Source of the DNA: Caulobacteraceae bacterium
GTDB lineage: Bacteria; Pseudomonadota; Alphaproteobacteria; Caulobacterales; Caulobacteraceae
DNA: 64,000 nt
Assembly (NCBI GenBank): GCA_040399645.1
Contig: JBBARR010000001.1
Span: forward strand, 91,559 to 155,558
Direction: 5' to 3'
The notes beneath the pieces are model-generated. The model did no database searches and was not told where the DNA came from. It worked only from the letters and a program-made list of their open reading frames with translations. The translations under genes were made by a program, and so were the position numbers. Shown piece by piece: positions 23,676-33,337 of this stretch (positions are counted from its first letter, which is position 1; each line of letters begins with the position of its first letter).

Positions 23676-23846
23676 ATGACCAAGCCCAGCAAGACCCGCC
23701 TGACCGACCTCAAGGGCAAGGACGCCAAGCCCGCCGCCTTCCTGCCGCCAACACCCAAGGTCAGCCGCCGCAAACCCGGTAAGGTCATGACCCCTGCCGA
23801 ACGCGCCGCCTTCTTGGCTAGCCGTCCAGATCTGAAGGTGGATTAG
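23676..23846 (+). CDS. Small basic protein, 56 aa (not in the ORF track because it is under 60 aa)
   Basis: An ATG at 23676 opens a frame to the TAG at 23844-23846, giving MTKPSKTRLTDLKGKDAKPAAFLPPTPKVSRRKPGKVMTPAERAAFLASRPDLKVD. GC3 bias is strong in this frame, and the 74-aa minus-strand ORF 23652..23876 looks like its shadow. Confidence 0.45.
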   Translation: MTKPSKTRLTDLKGKDAKPAAFLPPTPKVSRRKPGKVMTPAERAAFLASRPDLKVD

Positions 23847-23868
23847 GCGCGGCGCGCGCGTGGATGAC

Positions 23869-23913
23869 CCCCTCACCCAACCCTCTCCCTATGGGAGAGG
23901 GTTGGGTGAGGGG
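23869..23913. repeat. Perfect 21-bp-stem palindromic element (REP-like)
   Basis: CCCCTCACCCAACCCTCTCCC (23869-23889), a TAT loop, then GGGAGAGGGTTGGGTGAGGGG (23893-23913). Confidence 0.85.
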
Positions 23914-23928
23914 CTTGTTTTCTTACCG

Positions 23929-24025
23929 CGTCATTGCGAGCGAAACGAAGCAACCCAGTTGACTGAAACGAACCAAAGTGGAGGCCCCCCTGGGTTGCTT
24001 CGACGCGATGCGTCTCGCAATGACG
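23929..24025. repeat. 97-bp MITE-like palindromic element, copy 1
   Basis: The termini are CGTCATTGCGAG (23929-23940) and CTCGCAATGACG (24014-24025). The inner arms are GAAGCAACCCAG and CTGGGTTGCTTC. Similar flanks extend to about 23910-24047. Confidence 0.85.
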
Positions 24026-24068
24026 CCGGTTTGACTCATGCTGAGCCCGTCGCATAAATAGGGGTGTC

Positions 24069-24545
24069 ATGACCGGCTATTCCATTCGTCCTTTCGAGAC
24101 CCGTGACGCGCCGATCCTAACGGAGGTCTTTATCGATGCGGTGCGCGGGGGTGGCGCGCGGGACTATGATCTGGCGCAGGTCGGGGTCTGGGCCAGCTCT
24201 GCCCCCAGCCCGCAAAGGTTTGAGGATCGTGCTCAAGCGGGGGATCTGATCTGGGTCGCTGTCGAGGGATCAGATCAGCCGCTGGCCTATGGGATCTTGG
24301 AGGTCGATGGCCACCTCGACCATCTCTATTGCCGATCCGACCGTACAGGGACGGGCCTTGCCGCGGCGCTTTATGACCATATTGAACGGGAGGCGCGGGC
24401 TCTTGGCCTGACCGATCTTTTCACGGAGGCCAGCGAAGCGGCGCGGCGGCTCTTTCTGCGCAAGGGTTTCGTTGTGGTTCATCGCCGTGATTTCGAGCTT
24501 CAGGGCGTGGCGATTCATAATTATCGGATGGAAAAGTGGTTTTAG
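24069..24545 (+). CDS. GNAT family N-acetyltransferase
   Basis: 158 aa with an acetyl-CoA-binding-like core (HLYCRSDRTGTGLAAALYDHIEREARALG). It is bracketed by the two copies of the 97-bp element. Confidence 0.85.
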   Translation: MTGYSIRPFETRDAPILTEVFIDAVRGGGARDYDLAQVGVWASSAPSPQRFEDRAQAGDLIWVAVEGSDQPLAYGILEVDGHLDHLYCRSDRTGTGLAAALYDHIEREARALGLTDLFTEASEAARRLFLRKGFVVVHRRDFELQGVAIHNYRMEKWF

Positions 24546-24573
24546 GACCGACCCCCTACCTCGGCCTCGCCGG

Positions 24574-24631
24574 CACTTCCCCCAGAGGGGGAAGACTCGC
24601 ATTATTTGATCTTCCCCCTCTGGGAGAAGTG
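24574..24631. repeat. Inverted repeat (about 22 bp arms, one mismatch)
   Basis: CACTTCCCCCAGAGGGGGAAG (24574-24594) faces CTTCCCCCTCTGGGAGAAGTG (24611-24631) across a 16-nt spacer. Confidence 0.75.
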
Positions 24632-24670
24632 GTCCGTAGGACCAAAGGGGGCCTTGTTTTCTATTGCTCG

Positions 24671-24767
24671 CGTCATTGCGAGCGCAGCGACGCAACCCAG
24701 AAGACTGAAACAGACCTGAGCAGATGTTCGCCTGGGTTGCTTCGGCGAGATGCGCCTCGCAATGACG
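24671..24767. repeat. 97-bp MITE-like palindromic element, copy 2 (same orientation as copy 1)
   Basis: It has the same 12-bp termini (24671-24682 and 24756-24767), the same inner arms and the same 97-bp length. By eye it is roughly three-quarters identical to copy 1. Confidence 0.85.
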
Positions 24768-24815
24768 CGGGCCTGCCCCATGCTGAACTTACCTGCGCCT
24801 ACGCCCATATCCGCG

Positions 24816-24893
24816 TTCCCCGCGAAGGCGGGGACCCAGTACCCTTCGCGCAGTATGGAAGTGATCCTGCCGGATCCCTACCTTCGCGGGGAA
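24816..24893. repeat. Nested inverted repeats (TTCCCCGCGAAGG / CCTTCGCGGGGAA)
   Basis: A 13-bp perfect inverted repeat lies at 24816-24828 and 24881-24893. An alternative partner CCTTCGCG lies at 24843-24850. Confidence 0.7.
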
Positions 24894-24956
24894 AACGGTG
24901 TTGAGGAAGTGGCACCATCCCAAAAGGGATTTCCAAATCGATCATAAATAAGAAAA

Positions 24957-25031
24957 TGGTGGACGCGACAGGGATTGAACCTGTGACCCCCTCGATGTCA
25001 ACGAGGTGCTCTGCCGCTGAGCTACGCGTCC
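24957..25031 (-). tRNA. tRNA-Val (anticodon GAC)
   Basis: The reverse complement folds as a cloverleaf: acceptor GGACGCG/CGCGTCC, D arm GCTC-AGCGGCA-GAGC, anticodon arm CCTCG-TTGACAT-CGAGG, T arm ACAGG-TTCAATC-CCTGT, and an encoded CCA. Confidence 0.95.
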
Positions 25032-25146
25032 GACCGGGCTCCGGTGAGGAGCGGGAAGCGGGGATATACAGACCCGGCGCGCTCAAGGCAAGCGGCTCTG
25101 GTGGGGAAATGTGAAAGGCCTCGAACAGGCGGTGTTCAGAGGGTCT

Positions 25147-25503
25147 TCAGGCGGCCATCAGCTTTTCAACTTCGGTGACGATCTCGCGTAGGTGGATAGG
25201 TTTGGCCAGCACCTTGGCGCCCTGCGGGGTCTGGTTGGCCGAGGATAGGGCGACGGCGGCAAAGCCGGTGATGAACATGATACGCATGTCAGGCTGGCGC
25301 GCAGCGGCCAGGCGGGCGACCTCGATGCCGTCTATGCCGGGCATGACAATATCGGTCAAAAGCAGGTCCCAACGATCATCAAGCTCGGCCACCGCCTCTT
25401 CACCATCGGCGCAGGCCTTCACCTCAAATCCTGCCCGTTCGAGTGCACGGGCAAGAAAGCCGCGTAGGGACTCGTCATCTTCTGCCAAGAGAATTCGTGT
25501 CAT
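25147..25503 (-). CDS. cpdR: Single-domain response regulator CpdR (ClpXP priming adaptor)
   Basis: 118 aa. ILLAEDDESLRGFLARALERAG...LLLTDIVMPGIDGIE...MFITGFAAVAL...AKVLAKPIHLREIV closely matches my recollection of Caulobacter CpdR. Confidence 0.88.
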   Translation of the reverse strand: MTRILLAEDDESLRGFLARALERAGFEVKACADGEEAVAELDDRWDLLLTDIVMPGIDGIEVARLAAARQPDMRIMFITGFAAVALSSANQTPQGAKVLAKPIHLREIVTEVEKLMAA

Positions 25504-25609
25504 GTCATATCCATAGTCTGTTGGCCTAACCTTAAACCCGCAGGTGTAAAGCCGAAATAAATCCCGCGGTCTTGGGCGGCCTGCATTGACCCCTTAGGCC
25601 AAGGTCGTG

Positions 25610-26512
25610 ATGATGGGGTTAATGACCTCGCCCGACCCCTTAATCTTCGCTGAGCTTGACCTCTATCCCGCGCCCTTCGTTCTGACGCGGGCGGTGCAGT
25701 CGAGCGCTCTGGTCTTTGCCTCCCCCCATTCGGGCCGACACTATCCCGCTTCGCTTATGGAGGCGACGCGGCTTGATGGCCTGTCGATACGCCAGTCTGA
25801 GGACGGCTATGTCGACCAACTGATCGCTGGCGGACCGACCAAAGGGGCGAGCCTGATCGCGGCGACCTATGGACGGGCCTATCTGGATGTTAACCGTTCG
25901 CCGCTCGAACTGGACCCGGACATGTTTGAAGGCGACCTACCGCCAGATCAGGTCTGGGCCTCGGCGCGGGTGTCCGCAGGCCTTGGCGTCATCGCCAAGA
26001 TCGTAGGGGAGGGGCAAGAAATCTACCGCCATCGGCTTGCGCCCGCCGAGGCTCAGGCGCGCCTCGAGAATGTCCACCAACCCTATCATACGGCCCTTAG
26101 TGAATTGCTCGGACAGACACAGTTGGACCACGGGTTGGCGGTCCTGATCGACTGGCACTCTATGCCATCAGCGGCTTCTGGCGGGGGTTGGGGGCGAACG
26201 GGCAGTGATTTTGTGCTGGGTGATCGCCACGGCACCTCATGTGGCTCTGGCCTGACGCGTCTGGTCGATGAAAGCCTGACGCGCATGGGCTATCAGGTGG
26301 CGCGCAACAGTCCCTATGCCGGGGGTTATACGACCGAGCACTATGGCTGCCCGTCGCGTGGCATCCATGCCCTTCAGATCGAAATTAATCGCCGCCTCTA
26401 TCTGAATGAGGCCGGTCTGACCCTGAGTCCAGGTTTTGTCAGCCTTAAACGGAATTTGAATCGATTGATTGAAATCTTGGCCTCTACGCCCTGGCCAGAA
26501 CGCCTGACTTAG
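25610..26512 (+). CDS. N-formylglutamate amidohydrolase family protein
   Basis: It has the FGase family motifs SPHSGRHYP, YLDVNR and DWHSMPS. The start is ambiguous between the GTG at 25607 and ATGs at 25610, 25613 and 25622. Confidence 0.85.
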   Translation: MMGLMTSPDPLIFAELDLYPAPFVLTRAVQSSALVFASPHSGRHYPASLMEATRLDGLSIRQSEDGYVDQLIAGGPTKGASLIAATYGRAYLDVNRSPLELDPDMFEGDLPPDQVWASARVSAGLGVIAKIVGEGQEIYRHRLAPAEAQARLENVHQPYHTALSELLGQTQLDHGLAVLIDWHSMPSAASGGGWGRTGSDFVLGDRHGTSCGSGLTRLVDESLTRMGYQVARNSPYAGGYTTEHYGCPSRGIHALQIEINRRLYLNEAGLTLSPGFVSLKRNLNRLIEILASTPWPERLT

Positions 26513-26531
26513 GGCTGACCGGAATTTTGGC

Positions 26532-26560
26532 AAAAAAAAGCCGCGCCAATAAGGCGCGGC
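26532..26560 (-). terminator. Strong intrinsic terminator oriented for the minus strand
   Basis: On the minus strand the sequence is GCCGCGCC-TTATT-GGCGCGGC followed by eight Ts (plus-strand A run 26532-26539, stem 26540-26560). No annotated minus-strand gene lies upstream of it. Confidence 0.65.
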
Positions 26561-26614
26561 CAGTTATTAGGGAGGAAACGCCCAGAAGGGGCAGAGGCAT
26601 CAACGACGCCTCAC
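26532..26614 (-). ncRNA. Candidate ~80-nt sRNA ending at the orphan terminator
   Basis: A minus-strand TTGATA-N17-TAGACA lies at plus-strand coordinates 26649-26621. It is followed by hairpin GAGGC-N9-GCCTC, a small GCCC/GGGC hairpin, a single-stranded TTTCCTCCC (anti-SD) and the terminator. This is a prediction only. Confidence 0.3.
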
Positions 26615-27024
26615 TAGACTTGTCTAATGTGCGATGCACAAAATATCAAGCGAAAAACATCGTTCAAAACGCATTTTTGTAGACTTTTTTGACAGTAGCG
26701 GAAATTTATCCCAATAAATCAGTATCATGACGATTTCCGGGGAAATTGTTGCGTCGCAATATAATTCTGTTGGCTGGACAGGGGCGCGCCGTCTGGTGAG
26801 GCCAAGACGACCCAACAGCCTCTCAGATGAGCACCCGACGGCGATAAACAAGGTTGGGCGTCTGAATTTATCTCGCAGCCCCGGGGGCTGATTGCCGCTA
26901 AATGGTGACTGATCTGCACCCATTATAGAGTTTCGGTCGTGCCGGGGTGGCTTTGTTGGCCGCAGTCGCGTACAAGCCGCGCGCCTGTTTCCTTTCGCAC
27001 CCGCACAAAATCGGTTCCCAAACC

Positions 27025-28872
<1,848 letters not shown>

Positions 28873-28900
28873 GGTTTAACGACCTTTCAGATCTGAGTTT

Positions 28901-28929
28901 AACAGCCCCTCTGGGGCTGTTTTGCTTTG
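28901..28929 (+). terminator. Intrinsic terminator after typA
   Basis: AACAGCCCC-TCT-GGGGCTGTT is followed by TTGCTTTG. Confidence 0.75.
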
Positions 28930-28939
28930 CGGGCCCGCG

Positions 28940-29296
28940 TCAGCCCTGCTTGGCGATTGCCCACTGCGCACCGACCACTGCGCCCTTAACCAGTGGCAGC
29001 AGACAAAGGGTCAGAATAATGACCGTCGGCATGGTTAGGGCGAGTACATGCCCAACCGGCCACTGCCAAATGAACGGGAAGAACAGCATTGGGCCAATGA
29101 TCAGATGGCCGACCAGCAGAATGGTGAAATAGGGCGGCGCATCGTCTGCCGGATATTGCCCATTATCGTGGCCGCAAGCGTCGCATTCGCTGCGCACCTT
29201 GAGATAGCCTTGGAACAGGTTGCCCTTGCCGCAATTGGGACAAAGGCGAAAAAGGCCACGCTTTAGGCCGGTCGCTAGGGTCCTGTCGCCACTCAT
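28940..29296 (-). CDS. DUF983 family membrane protein
   Basis: It has the zinc-ribbon-like CPNCGKGNLF...CDACG followed by two TM segments, typical of DUF983. Confidence 0.85.
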   Translation of the reverse strand: MSGDRTLATGLKRGLFRLCPNCGKGNLFQGYLKVRSECDACGHDNGQYPADDAPPYFTILLVGHLIIGPMLFFPFIWQWPVGHVLALTMPTVIILTLCLLPLVKGAVVGAQWAIAKQG

Positions 29297-29459
29297 AATC
29301 TGTCCTTCCGGGTCTCATTAGGGTGATGTCGTGTCGATCGCCCGCTAGGTCAAGGCCCATGGACACCCCTGTGACCTTTGGTCATGCCCCTGAAAGCTCT
29401 AGGGGTGAATGTAAGAAGGTTGTAAATAATCCGAACGACCCGCTCTTGAGGACTGGACC

Positions 29460-29885
29460 ATGTTCAATCGCCGCGCACAGCTTGTCTTTCTCATCGCGCT
29501 TTTGGCCTTGCCGACCATATTCGTCAGTCCCGCTCTAGCCAGTGGCGGCGGCCATGGAGGCGAGAAAAAGAACAGTGGCAGCACCCCCTATGTTCGAATG
29601 AGGGCGCTGAACGTCAATGTTTTGCGCAGCTCGGGCGCGCGAACCGTCGTAACCTTGGAGATTGGCGTCTTTGTGACCGATCCCAAACTCTCAAAGCGTA
29701 CTGAGGCCTCTACCCCTCGGCTTCAGGCGGCCTTTGGCCAGATCGTTCAGGGCTATATGGTCGGTTTGCCCGCCGGGACCATCCCCAATGCCGACTATCT
29801 TTCCCAGCTTTTGCAAAAGGAAACCGATCGGGTCGTGGGTCAGGCGGGGGTCAAGCTGCTCCTAGGCACGATCATAATTAGCTAG
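29460..29885 (+). CDS. Hypothetical exported protein (weak FliL-like pattern)
   Basis: It has a signal peptide, a GAGGA Shine-Dalgarno and GC3-rich codons. An alternating hydrophobic pattern ([12 protein letters not shown]...[10 protein letters not shown]) is reminiscent of FliL-like proteins, but I make no firm family call. Confidence 0.65.
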   Translation: MFNRRAQLVFLIALLALPTIFVSPALASGGGHGGEKKNSGSTPYVRMRALNVNVLRSSGARTVVTLEIGVFVTDPKLSKRTEASTPRLQAAFGQIVQGYMVGLPAGTIPNADYLSQLLQKETDRVVGQAGVKLLLGTIIIS

Positions 29886-30169
29886 TCTGCAAGGGCGTCC
29901 ATAAATTGCGCCAAGGTCACATCCAGCGTGCTGACTCCATCGGCGTCGTGGGTGGTAAGGATGACCTCGACCCGGTTATAGACATTGAACCATTCAGGGT
30001 GATGGTCGCGTTTCTCGGCTTCCAGCGCCACGCGGGTCATAAAGCCAAAGGCCGCATTGAAATCCTTGAACCGGAAGGTCTTGGATATAGCCTCACGGCC
30101 CTCAACCTTTCGCCAGCCGGTCAGTTGGCTAAGCGCCGCTGCTGCGCCGATTTTGGTTGGTCTGGTCAC
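29882..30169 (-). CDS. 4a-hydroxytetrahydrobiopterin (pterin-4a-carbinolamine) dehydratase
   Basis: 95 aa with [27 protein letters not shown]. The GTG start overlaps the stop of the upstream HAD gene (GTGA). Confidence 0.92.
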   Translation of the reverse strand: MTRPTKIGAAAALSQLTGWRKVEGREAISKTFRFKDFNAAFGFMTRVALEAEKRDHHPEWFNVYNRVEVILTTHDADGVSTLDVTLAQFMDALAD

Positions 30170-30819
30170 GCTGATGCGCCCTCAAAGCTCAGACCGACGA
30201 TGGCTGAAAGGTCGCGCAGCAACTGGCCTTCGTTCGAGACCTTGATTGCCTTCATGCCCAGGGCGGCGGCAGGCTTACAGTTGACCCCCAGATCGTCCAG
30301 ATAGACGCAGGCCGAAGGGTCCACATTCAGCTGCGCGCACATCATCTGGTATATGCGGGGGTCTGGCTTGCGCACCCCGGCTTTGGAGCTTTCGATCACC
30401 GCGTCGAACTGGGTCATGATGCCTGCGACGGAGCGGGCCTTTTCGGCCGTCGATGCCATACCGGCCCCTTCACCAGCCGAGACATTGTTGGTGATGCAGC
30501 CCACCTTGAACTGAGCCTTGCAGAGCATCAGGGCCTTGACCACGGCGGGACGGACATCGCCCGACAGCAGCGGCAGAACATCGGCCCCGCGAACGGTTTG
30601 ACCCAGGGCCTCGGCCTCTTTGGCGAACATCACATCAAAGGCCGCAGCACTAATCTCGGAGCGTTCGAAAAGGGCCCAGGCATTGGTGTCGGGATTGGTC
30701 GAATTGACGGCGCGAATAAAGTCCAACGGCAGGCCTCGCTGGGTCTCATACCGATTAAAGGCCTCGAAAGGTGAGGTTGTGAAAACACCGCCGAAGTCCC
30801 AAATTACCGCCTCAATCAT
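30166..30819 (-). CDS. HAD superfamily hydrolase (subfamily IA)
   Basis: It has the motif I DxG variant WDFGGV, the motif IV DD in YLDDLGVN, and an intervening cap domain. Confidence 0.85.
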   Translation of the reverse strand: MIEAVIWDFGGVFTTSPFEAFNRYETQRGLPLDFIRAVNSTNPDTNAWALFERSEISAAAFDVMFAKEAEALGQTVRGADVLPLLSGDVRPAVVKALMLCKAQFKVGCITNNVSAGEGAGMASTAEKARSVAGIMTQFDAVIESSKAGVRKPDPRIYQMMCAQLNVDPSACVYLDDLGVNCKPAAALGMKAIKVSNEGQLLRDLSAIVGLSFEGASA

Positions 30820-30930
30820 AGTCTCACCTTGCCCTGGAATTGAAGGTCGGCACGTTTATCGCCACCTAATGGATTGGTTTTAACCCTTGTTTGCTTGCGC
30901 GGACAAGGCCAGCGGGGCTAAGTCCTATCC

Positions 30931-31596
30931 ATGACACAGATCCGCCCCATCATCGCTCCGTCTCTGCTGGCCGCTGATTTTGCCAAGCTTGGGGAAGAGG
31001 CGCGCGCCATCGAGGCCGCCGGTGCCGATTGGCTGCATATTGATGTCATGGACGGGCATTTTGTGCCGAACATCACGCTGGGCCCAGATATCGTCAAAGC
31101 CTTGCGTCCGCATGTCAAAATACCGTTTGATGTCCATCTGATGATCGCGCCGGCTGACCCCTATCTGGAAGCCTTCCGCGAGGCGGGGGCCGATATCATC
31201 AGCGTCCACCCCGAATCGGGCCCGCATCTGAACCGCACGCTCAAGCGCATTCGCCAGCTCGGTGCGAAGGCGGGCGTGGTCTTTAATCCCTCTACCCCGC
31301 CAGAATCCATCGAGTGGATGATGGATGAGGTCGATTTGATTCTGGTCATGTCGATCAATCCGGGCTTTGGTGGACAGAGCTTCATGACCTCACAGTTGAA
31401 GAAGATTGAGCGTCTGAGGGCCATGATTGATGCGACGGGCCGCGACATTCCCCTCGAGGTGGATGGTGGCGTGACCCCGCAAACGGCTCCCCTTTGCATC
31501 GCGGCTGGGGCGACGGCCCTTGTTGCCGGTTCGGCAGTCTTCCGTGGCGGGCCTTCGGCCTATGCCGACAATATTCGCGCCCTTAGGGGCGTTTGA
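30931..31596 (+). CDS. rpe: Ribulose-phosphate 3-epimerase
   Basis: It has IAPSLLAADFAKLGEE...HIDVMDGHFVPN...MSINPGFGGQ. Confidence 0.96.
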   Translation: MTQIRPIIAPSLLAADFAKLGEEARAIEAAGADWLHIDVMDGHFVPNITLGPDIVKALRPHVKIPFDVHLMIAPADPYLEAFREAGADIISVHPESGPHLNRTLKRIRQLGAKAGVVFNPSTPPESIEWMMDEVDLILVMSINPGFGGQSFMTSQLKKIERLRAMIDATGRDIPLEVDGGVTPQTAPLCIAAGATALVAGSAVFRGGPSAYADNIRALRGV

Positions 31597-31675
31597 GACC
31601 GGCCCCGCTGTGGCCCTGTTGCCCACACGTCGTCCCAAGACCGCAAAGCCGCGGCCCCTCAAGATTCTGCTCCAG

Positions 31676-33337
31676 ATGGTGGCGCAGACGGCAACCGATC
31701 TGGTCAGTTCCGACTGGTACGGCACCCCGTTCCATCTTTGGGGTCTGGGTGGACCGAAGGTTCAGGGCGTCGCAGCCGCGCCGCGCGATCTGCGCCCGCC
31801 GCGCAGTGGGATGGCCGCAGCCTTGCTTGAAGGTCGGTTTGTTCTGGCCGGAGAGACCCTTTCGGTCGGGCCCAGCGGCGATCCTTGGGATAAGCCCTGC
31901 CCAAGCCGAGCCTTTGCGGTCGAGCTACATCGCTTTTCTTGGCTTAATGCTCTGATGGAAGAGCGCCCCGTTGGGCTGGACTATGGCTTGCAGCTCTGCC
32001 TGGATTGGCGCCGCGCCTATGGCCTTTGGAACAGCTTCTCATGGGGCGGCGAGGTTCTTGACCGAAGGGTGTTTAACCTTGCCTGTCATCTCAGGCACTT
32101 GGCCGGTGTGGCTTCGGAACTTGAGACGCAAGCTCTTTGCAACAGTATGGCGCGCCAGGCCCGCCACCTTCTGTGCCTGTCCCAAAGGGACCCCAGAGCG
32201 GCGGAACGCGCCGCCGCCGCGTCCATCGCTGGAACCGCTCTGAGCGGTCCGGTCGGTGACCGATTGATGGCCAAGGGCCTGACGATCCTTACCGCTCTGT
32301 TGCCCCGGCGCGTCTTGAGTGATGGTGGCCACATTACCCGCTCCCCGGAGGCCACCCTAGAACTGCTCTATGATCTCCTAACCCTTGATGATGCCCTGTC
32401 GCAGCGCGGATTGGCAGCGCCGGTCGAAATATCAAGAGCCATTGATCGACTTACTGCGGCGGTCCGGTTCTTCACCTTGCCAGATGGTCGGCTCGCCTGT
32501 TTCCACGGCGGCGAAGAAAGCCATCCAGACTATGTGGCGGCAGCGCGGGCCCATGAGGATCGTGATCCAAATGCGCGAGAGCCGCAGCAGGCGCTGCACT
32601 CCGGCTACCAGCGTATGTCGGGTCGGACCTTGACGGTCATGATGGATGTAGGGGCTCCAGCGCGTGATGCCATGAGCCAAACCGCGACGGCGCAGCCCTT
32701 GGCCATTGAGGTTCTGACTGGCCGCGAACGGCTCATTACCAATAGCGGCTGGAGCCCGCGCCTGCCACAGGGCCAAGCTTGGCGCTTGAGTGACGGGGGA
32801 TCGAGCGCCTGTCTGGGCGAAGGGTCTGCGGGTTGGCCCTTAAGGGGCGCGGCCGCCAATCGGTTGGGTGTTCGGCTGGACGGGGCCGCTTTGACGGTTG
32901 ATTGCAGCCGCAGCGAAACCGACGCAGGGGTTTGGCTTGAGGCGGTTCATGATGGCTGGGTCCATAGTTACGGCCTGCTACACGAGCGTCGGCTGTTCTT
33001 AGATGCGCGCCTTGATGAAATGCGCGGCGAGGACGTCTTTCCTTTAGCACCGCGTAGATCCCTATCGCGGCAGGTTGAGGTGGGGGTCTATTTTCACCTT
33101 CACCCTCAAGTTCGCGCCACCTTGGCCCGCGATCGACGCAGTGTTTTGCTGATGGGGCCGTCCAACAATGGATGGTGGTTGCGCAACGATGCGGCCAGTG
33201 TGACGATCGAGCCTAGTTTTCACTTTCTGGACGGACGGCCGAGGCGCTGTATGAAGGTTGTTCTCCACAGTCCACTGACCCGCCAAGGCCGCACGCGCAT
33301 TCGCTGGAAATTGGCGGCTGCGGAGCCCTCAATATGA
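31676..33337 (+). CDS. Heparinase II/III-like family protein
   Basis: WYGTPFH...LLEGRFVLAGETL...HRFSWLNAL resembles the conserved alphaproteobacterial heparinase II/III-like protein. The start is uncertain: ATG 31676, or GTG 31610 just after the rpe stop. The tracked start at 31520 would overlap rpe by 77 nt. Confidence 0.72.
   Translation: MVAQTATDLVSSDWYGTPFHLWGLGGPKVQGVAAAPRDLRPPRSGMAAALLEGRFVLAGETLSVGPSGDPWDKPCPSRAFAVELHRFSWLNALMEERPVGLDYGLQLCLDWRRAYGLWNSFSWGGEVLDRRVFNLACHLRHLAGVASELETQALCNSMARQARHLLCLSQRDPRAAERAAAASIAGTALSGPVGDRLMAKGLTILTALLPRRVLSDGGHITRSPEATLELLYDLLTLDDALSQRGLAAPVEISRAIDRLTAAVRFFTLPDGRLACFHGGEESHPDYVAAARAHEDRDPNAREPQQALHSGYQRMSGRTLTVMMDVGAPARDAMSQTATAQPLAIEVLTGRERLITNSGWSPRLPQGQAWRLSDGGSSACLGEGSAGWPLRGAAANRLGVRLDGAALTVDCSRSETDAGVWLEAVHDGWVHSYGLLHERRLFLDARLDEMRGEDVFPLAPRRSLSRQVEVGVYFHLHPQVRATLARDRRSVLLMGPSNNGWWLRNDAASVTIEPSFHFLDGRPRRCMKVVLHSPLTRQGRTRIRWKLAAAEPSI

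Noticed and set aside
23676-24545. GNAT toxin with a small upstream antitoxin (TacT/AtaT-like TA pair).
   Set aside because: The small ORF is about 220 bp upstream, separated from the GNAT gene by repeat elements, and shows no RHH or DUF1778-like pattern. The GNAT sequence looks like an ordinary small-molecule acetyltransferase.
23860-25086. Tracked ORFs 23860..24057(+), 23873..24070(-), 24536..24904(+), 24602..24808(-), 24750..24947(+) and 24799..25086(-).
   Set aside because: They are translations of the palindromic repeat elements, which read open on both strands. The last one overlaps the tRNA-Val gene.
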